Shown: piece after piece, positions 60,678-64,000 of the stretch
How the letters are laid out: every line of letters begins with the position of its first letter
How positions within the stretch are numbered: position 1 is the stretch's first letter
Source: Planctomycetota bacterium
Lineage (GTDB): Bacteria > Planctomycetota > UBA1135 > JAKEFM01
Assembly: GCA_022616055.1 (NCBI GenBank)
Contig: JAKEFM010000240.1
Coordinates: 5,504 to 69,503 of the forward strand
Direction of reading: 5' to 3'
Length of the DNA: 64,000 nucleotides
The notes under the pieces: model-generated
Databases searched by the model: none
What the model was told of the DNA's origin: nothing
Seen by the model: the letters and a program-made list of their open reading frames with translations, nothing else
Position numbers and translations under genes: made by a program

Positions 60678-62588
60678 GTGCGCGTCCCGAGTTGGCCTTG
60701 GCGGTTTGTGCTTGTCGTCGCGGCGGCGGCTCCCGTCGTCGGCTACGCGCTCTTCGGCGTGGCGCGGCCGCTCGACGAGGCGATCAAGGGAATGCCCCGA
60801 ACGGGCCGCCCGGTCCGCCTCGTCGTCAACGGCGAGGAGATCCCCGCGGCCGCCTTCGACCGCGCGTTCGTCTATATCCACGGACGCCCCTACCTCGAGC
60901 GGAAGATCCGCGACTTCCTCGTGGCCGAGGAGATCGAGCTGCGCCGCAGGAGCGGCCAGGCCGTCGAGGACCTGCGGATCAGCGACGAGGAGGTGCGGAA
61001 GGAGGTTGCCTCGAGGAAGGAGGAATTCCAGCGGCAGATCCAGGGAGGCCTGGACCTCGATGCGTTCCTGCGGGCCCAGGGGATGGACGAAACCTCCTTC
61101 GCTGACGAGCAGGCCTCGCTCCTCCGCTTCGACAAGGCCTTCATTCCCGACGACACGACGAAGTGGTCCGGGACTACGCGCAAGGCCCTCGCGAGTGAGG
61201 GGGAGCAGGCGGTCGTCGACCTGGCGATCCCGGGCATTCGCGCGCGAGGAGACGAGGCGCTCGCGCCCCAGGGGGGCAAGGAGTCCGTCGATAGGCCTCT
61301 GCCGGGGCTGCGCCCGCCGGTCGTCGAGGCGACCGCGACCGGAAGTCTGAAGGATCCGGCGTTGCAGGAACTGGTCGACCGGACGATCCAGGCCATCCGC
61401 GAGCAAGGGGAGAGGAAGCCCGACGCGCCGATCCCCCGCCCGCCGGTTGTCGAGGCGCCCGGGACCGAAAGGCTGAAGGATCCGGCGTCGCAGGAATTGG
61501 TCGACCGGACGACCCAGGCCATCCGCGAGCAAGGGGAGAGGAAGCCCAACGCGCCGATCCCGCCCTTCTACCGGACGATCTTCCGGCAGTGGATCACGAA
61601 GGCGCTCAGGAAGTCCTCGAACATCAGGACGGCGAGCGACGGCCTCCCCCCCGACGTCGTCCTCACGGTCAACGGCCGCCCGCTCCTGACGGCAGAGGCG
61701 TATCCGGCCATCGCGCGGAGGGTGACGGCACTCGATCGGGAGAATGTCGTCCGGTGGATGGCGTGGGCGACCGCCACGCGCCAGGCGCTCGTCAAGGCGG
61801 GGGTCTTCCTCCCGGAAGAGGAGTTCGCGAGGGAGTGGCAGGCTCACGTGGGGCCGTACGAGGAGACCCCCTTCTCGATCGAGGTCGTCGCGATCGCCTT
61901 CAAGAAGTTCCCCAGCTACGACCTGTACCGGGAGTACTTCCGGCTGAAGAAGTCGTTCGAGAAGAGGATCGAGAAGGAGGTGACCGACGAGACGCTCCTC
62001 CAGCACCGCGCCCGGGTCCAGGGGTTCCTCGAGGACGGCAAGGTCGACGCGCAGGTGATCCTCCTCTCGGCCTTCGACTACACCAACCTCGACTGGAAGG
62101 GGCCCGACGCGTTCGACGAGGCGAAGGCCCGGGCAGAGGAGACGCTCGCGGCGCTGAAGGCGGGAACCTCCTTCGAGGAGGCGATCGACCGATTCTCGGA
62201 GTTCGTCGACCGTTCCGCCCCACCTCCCAACGCTCCGCCCGGCCGACGGTTACCGGAGGGACCGCGCACCAACCGCGGACGCTTCGGGGCCCAGTCGAAG
62301 AACCAGCTCAAGCAGCTCCTCGGGGAGAGCGAGTTCGAGGATCTGCTGCGTGGCACCTCGATGGGGGAGATCCTCTTCCACGACGCGGCGCCCCTGGAGG
62401 TCGTGGGCCCGATGCGGGGGCCAACCGGCTACTACATCGGTCGGGTCCTGGAGCGACTCCCTGGCGCCAAGCCGGTCGACTTCACCCAGGAGAACACGCG
62501 CGACCTGTTGCGCGAGGACTACCTCAGGCGGCGGTTCATCGACTGGTCGGCCGACGTCGTCGCCGAGTCCAGATTCAAGATCCGGTAG
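60678..62588 (+). CDS. SurA/PpiD-like periplasmic chaperone with C-terminal parvulin-type PPIase domain
   Basis: GTG start with an N-terminal TM/signal (FVLVVAAAAPVVGYALF). SurA-N-like helical region. Parvulin-like end GEILFHDAAPLEVVGPMRGPTGYYIGRVLER. Confidence 0.8.
   Translation: MRVPSWPWRFVLVVAAAAPVVGYALFGVARPLDEAIKGMPRTGRPVRLVVNGEEIPAAAFDRAFVYIHGRPYLERKIRDFLVAEEIELRRRSGQAVEDLRISDEEVRKEVASRKEEFQRQIQGGLDLDAFLRAQGMDETSFADEQASLLRFDKAFIPDDTTKWSGTTRKALASEGEQAVVDLAIPGIRARGDEALAPQGGKESVDRPLPGLRPPVVEATATGSLKDPALQELVDRTIQAIREQGERKPDAPIPRPPVVEAPGTERLKDPASQELVDRTTQAIREQGERKPNAPIPPFYRTIFRQWITKALRKSSNIRTASDGLPPDVVLTVNGRPLLTAEAYPAIARRVTALDRENVVRWMAWATATRQALVKAGVFLPEEEFAREWQAHVGPYEETPFSIEVVAIAFKKFPSYDLYREYFRLKKSFEKRIEKEVTDETLLQHRARVQGFLEDGKVDAQVILLSAFDYTNLDWKGPDAFDEAKARAEETLAALKAGTSFEEAIDRFSEFVDRSAPPPNAPPGRRLPEGPRTNRGRFGAQSKNQLKQLLGESEFEDLLRGTSMGEILFHDAAPLEVVGPMRGPTGYYIGRVLERLPGAKPVDFTQENTRDLLREDYLRRRFIDWSADVVAESRFKIR
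61311..61562 (+). repeat. 126-bp tandem direct repeat, two copies, in frame (42 aa each) inside the chaperone gene
   Basis: Copies are 61311-61436 and 61437-61562. I counted 10 mismatches in 126 nt. Peptides are RPPVVEATATGSLKDPALQELVDRTIQAIREQGERKPDAPIP and RPPVVEAPGTERLKDPASQELVDRTTQAIREQGERKPNAPIP. Confidence 0.9.
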
Positions 62589-62609
62589 ACCCTCCCGCCG
62601 AGGCGGCGA

Positions 62610-62664
62610 CCTGGAAAGGACCCTGTACAAATTCTGTCAGGATTTGTACATGCGACTTTCCTGG
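62610..62664. other. AT-rich extended palindrome/hairpin in a convergent intergenic region (bidirectional terminator or protein-binding site)
   Basis: Perfect inverted repeat TGTACAAAT (62624-32) and ATTTGTACA (62642-50) with a 9-nt spacer, flanked by GGAAAG (62613-18) and CTTTCC (62656-61). Confidence 0.4.
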
Positions 62665-62676
62665 CGAACATCGCGC

Positions 62677-63108
62677 TCAGCGCCCCGCCCGCTCGAGCAT
62701 CGCGAGGGCGAGGATCCCTCGGAGCGTCCAGAGGACCGTCCGCCGCCAGTTCCCCGCGACGAGGGAGCGATGCACGGCGGGGTCGAAGCCGCGCAGGAGC
62801 GCGCGGTGCCGAGGGATCTCCCGGAGTATCGTCGAGGCCCAGATCCCGAGGAGGAGGCCCAGGCCGAGCCAGGCCCACGATCGGGGAACCCCCGACGGGG
62901 GGCGCGCGACGAGGAGGAGGGCGCACGCCCCTTCGGTCGCCATCGGCAGGCCGGCGACCGCGGTCGTGCGCCGGAGGTTCGCGCGCTGGTAGTCCCGGAA
63001 CCGGTCGGGACCGATTCGGGCGAGCAGGGGGTAGTGGACGAGCTGGACGAACCAGACGAGCCCCGCCATCGCGAGCGTCGCGGCGGCGTGGACGAGGAGG
63101 AGGGTCAG
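62677..63108 (-). CDS. DUF1772-like small membrane protein
   Basis: Four hydrophobic helices. A full first helix requires the CTG at 63108, which overlaps the upstream stop (CTGA). The first ATG is at 63069, so the start is uncertain. The upstream part of track ORF 62677..63348 is junk. Confidence 0.65.
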   Translation of the reverse strand: MTLLLVHAAATLAMAGLVWFVQLVHYPLLARIGPDRFRDYQRANLRRTTAVAGLPMATEGACALLLVARPPSGVPRSWAWLGLGLLLGIWASTILREIPRHRALLRGFDPAVHRSLVAGNWRRTVLWTLRGILALAMLERAGR

Positions 63109-64000
63109 CGAGGCGACTCCTCGGACTCCTCCCCTCGGGCGAGCCGGACCTCGAAGTCCTGCGTCGGCCCGGAGCCGACGACGACCGAGCCCCGGTAGCT
63201 CCGGAATCCCTTCGCGCCCGACTTCACCGCGTAGGTCCCGGGGGCGAGGCGGACGTGGAGGAGCCCGCGGCCCTCCGGGGGGACGTCCTCCCCCGTCGGG
63301 ACCTGGGCCGACCACTCCCCCCCCTTCTCGTCGGTGAAGTTCGCCCACCCGTTCCTCTCCGCGACCCCGTCCGGCCGGAGCAGGCGCACGCGCAGGCGCG
63401 TCCCCTCGCGCATATCGACCTGGAAGGCCGTCTCCTCCCCCGGCACGACGCTCCTCGGCTCGCTTGCGAACGGCGCGTAACCGTCGAACCGGACCGCGAC
63501 GAAGTACTCCCCGCGCGGGATGCCCAGGAACCGCGCGGTGCCGTCCTGGCCGGTCTCCACGCTCGATCCCGAGCCGAACTGGCCGAACCGCATCCCCATG
63601 GACTCCCGGGCGGGCTTGACCTCGGATCGGAGGCGGACGGAGGCGTTCGCGAGGGGCCGGCCGTCCGGGTCCCGGACGGAGACCAGCACCTTCGCCCCGA
63701 CCGGGAGGGAGAAGTCGACGACGGTCGGTCCCGTCTCGCCGACGTCGACCGGGCCGCGCTCGTCGATGGAGAGGTTCGTGGCCTTCTCGTCGCGGGCGGA
63801 CGGGAAACCGGGACTCGCGCGGACCCGGTAGGCGCCCGGGGAGAGGTCGCGGATCCGGTAGCGGCCGTCCTCCCCGGCAGTCGCGTTGCTCCAGCCCGAT
63901 CCCCCCTCCGTCCTCTCCTTCTGGAGGCGCAACGCCGCGACCGCGGCCCGCGGGATCGGGGAGCCGTCGATCTCCGAGACGACGCGCCCCGCGATCTCCC
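63105..64000 (-). CDS. CarboxypepD_reg-like repeat protein, 3' part (5' end beyond the window)
   Basis: The frame stays open to nt 64000 (...EIAGRVVSEIDGSPIPRAAVAALRLQKE...), so the track start at 63932 is internal. Repeated DG.Y.I..L.PG.Y.V motifs. Confidence 0.75.
   Translation of the reverse strand, partial: EIAGRVVSEIDGSPIPRAAVAALRLQKERTEGGSGWSNATAGEDGRYRIRDLSPGAYRVRASPGFPSARDEKATNLSIDERGPVDVGETGPTVVDFSLPVGAKVLVSVRDPDGRPLANASVRLRSEVKPARESMGMRFGQFGSGSSVETGQDGTARFLGIPRGEYFVAVRFDGYAPFASEPRSVVPGEETAFQVDMREGTRLRVRLLRPDGVAERNGWANFTDEKGGEWSAQVPTGEDVPPEGRGLLHVRLAPGTYAVKSGAKGFRSYRGSVVVGSGPTQDFEVRLARGEESEESPR

Noticed and set aside
61311-61562. Tandem repeat as a CRISPR or other repeat array
   Set aside because: There are only two directly abutting 126-bp copies with no spacers, and they are in frame within a well-supported gene. 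No cas genes are present in the window.
1-64000. Mobile elements, prophage, defence systems, toxin-antitoxin pairs, DGR/retron elements
   Set aside because: I found no integrase, transposase, reverse transcriptase, nuclease-helicase defence signature, terminal inverted repeats or tRNA-adjacent island boundary while reading all credible frames. A profile search (for example DefenseFinder or PADLOC HMMs) would be needed to exclude divergent systems.

Overview
This is a very GC-rich bacterial chromosomal segment (judged by eye, not computed). It is densely coding on both strands, with about 58 supportable CDS. I saw no rRNA, tRNA, CRISPR array, transposase, integrase, reverse transcriptase or phage gene. 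Stop codons are rare, so the six-frame track is full of long Arg/Pro/Gly-rich shadow ORFs (up to 2004 aa), which I reject. I chose real frames from catalytic or binding motifs, signal peptides and TM helices, sensible amino-acid composition, and start/stop coupling. All inferred starts were checked to be in frame with the track ORFs. Housekeeping genes: fliA (3' part), birA, argS, an ABC-F ATPase, pyrK, nth, queD, a split transketolase, ctp, tsaD, larB, carA and an RluA-family synthase. These are interleaved with an envelope- and secretome-heavy accessory set: three ECF sigma factors, one with a Ser/Thr kinase; three GT-C membrane glycosyltransferases, two of them TMTC-like with TPR tails; two FG-GAP proteins; an NHL propeller; four CarboxypepD_reg-repeat proteins; a DUF1570-like peptidase; a lipase; and an amidase. 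The best non-ORF signal is an unannotated c-di-GMP-I (GEMM-I) riboswitch at 28775-28869. It is hidden under a spurious ORF extension and sits upstream of a lone PilX-like, DxDxDG-containing surface protein. Other points worth a second look: a matrixin-like domain with every catalytic residue replaced, fused to IPT/TIG domains and co-operonic with a TMTC-like glycosyltransferase; an ECF43 / non-RD kinase / second ECF / DUF2203 cluster; a 497-nt structured noncoding region; a 126-bp in-frame tandem duplication; an AT-rich palindrome; and pervasive 4-nt start/stop overlaps with non-ATG starts. I cannot assign taxonomy from the sequence alone. No HMM, BLAST or covariance-model search was run, so every family name is recognition from motifs and needs confirmation.
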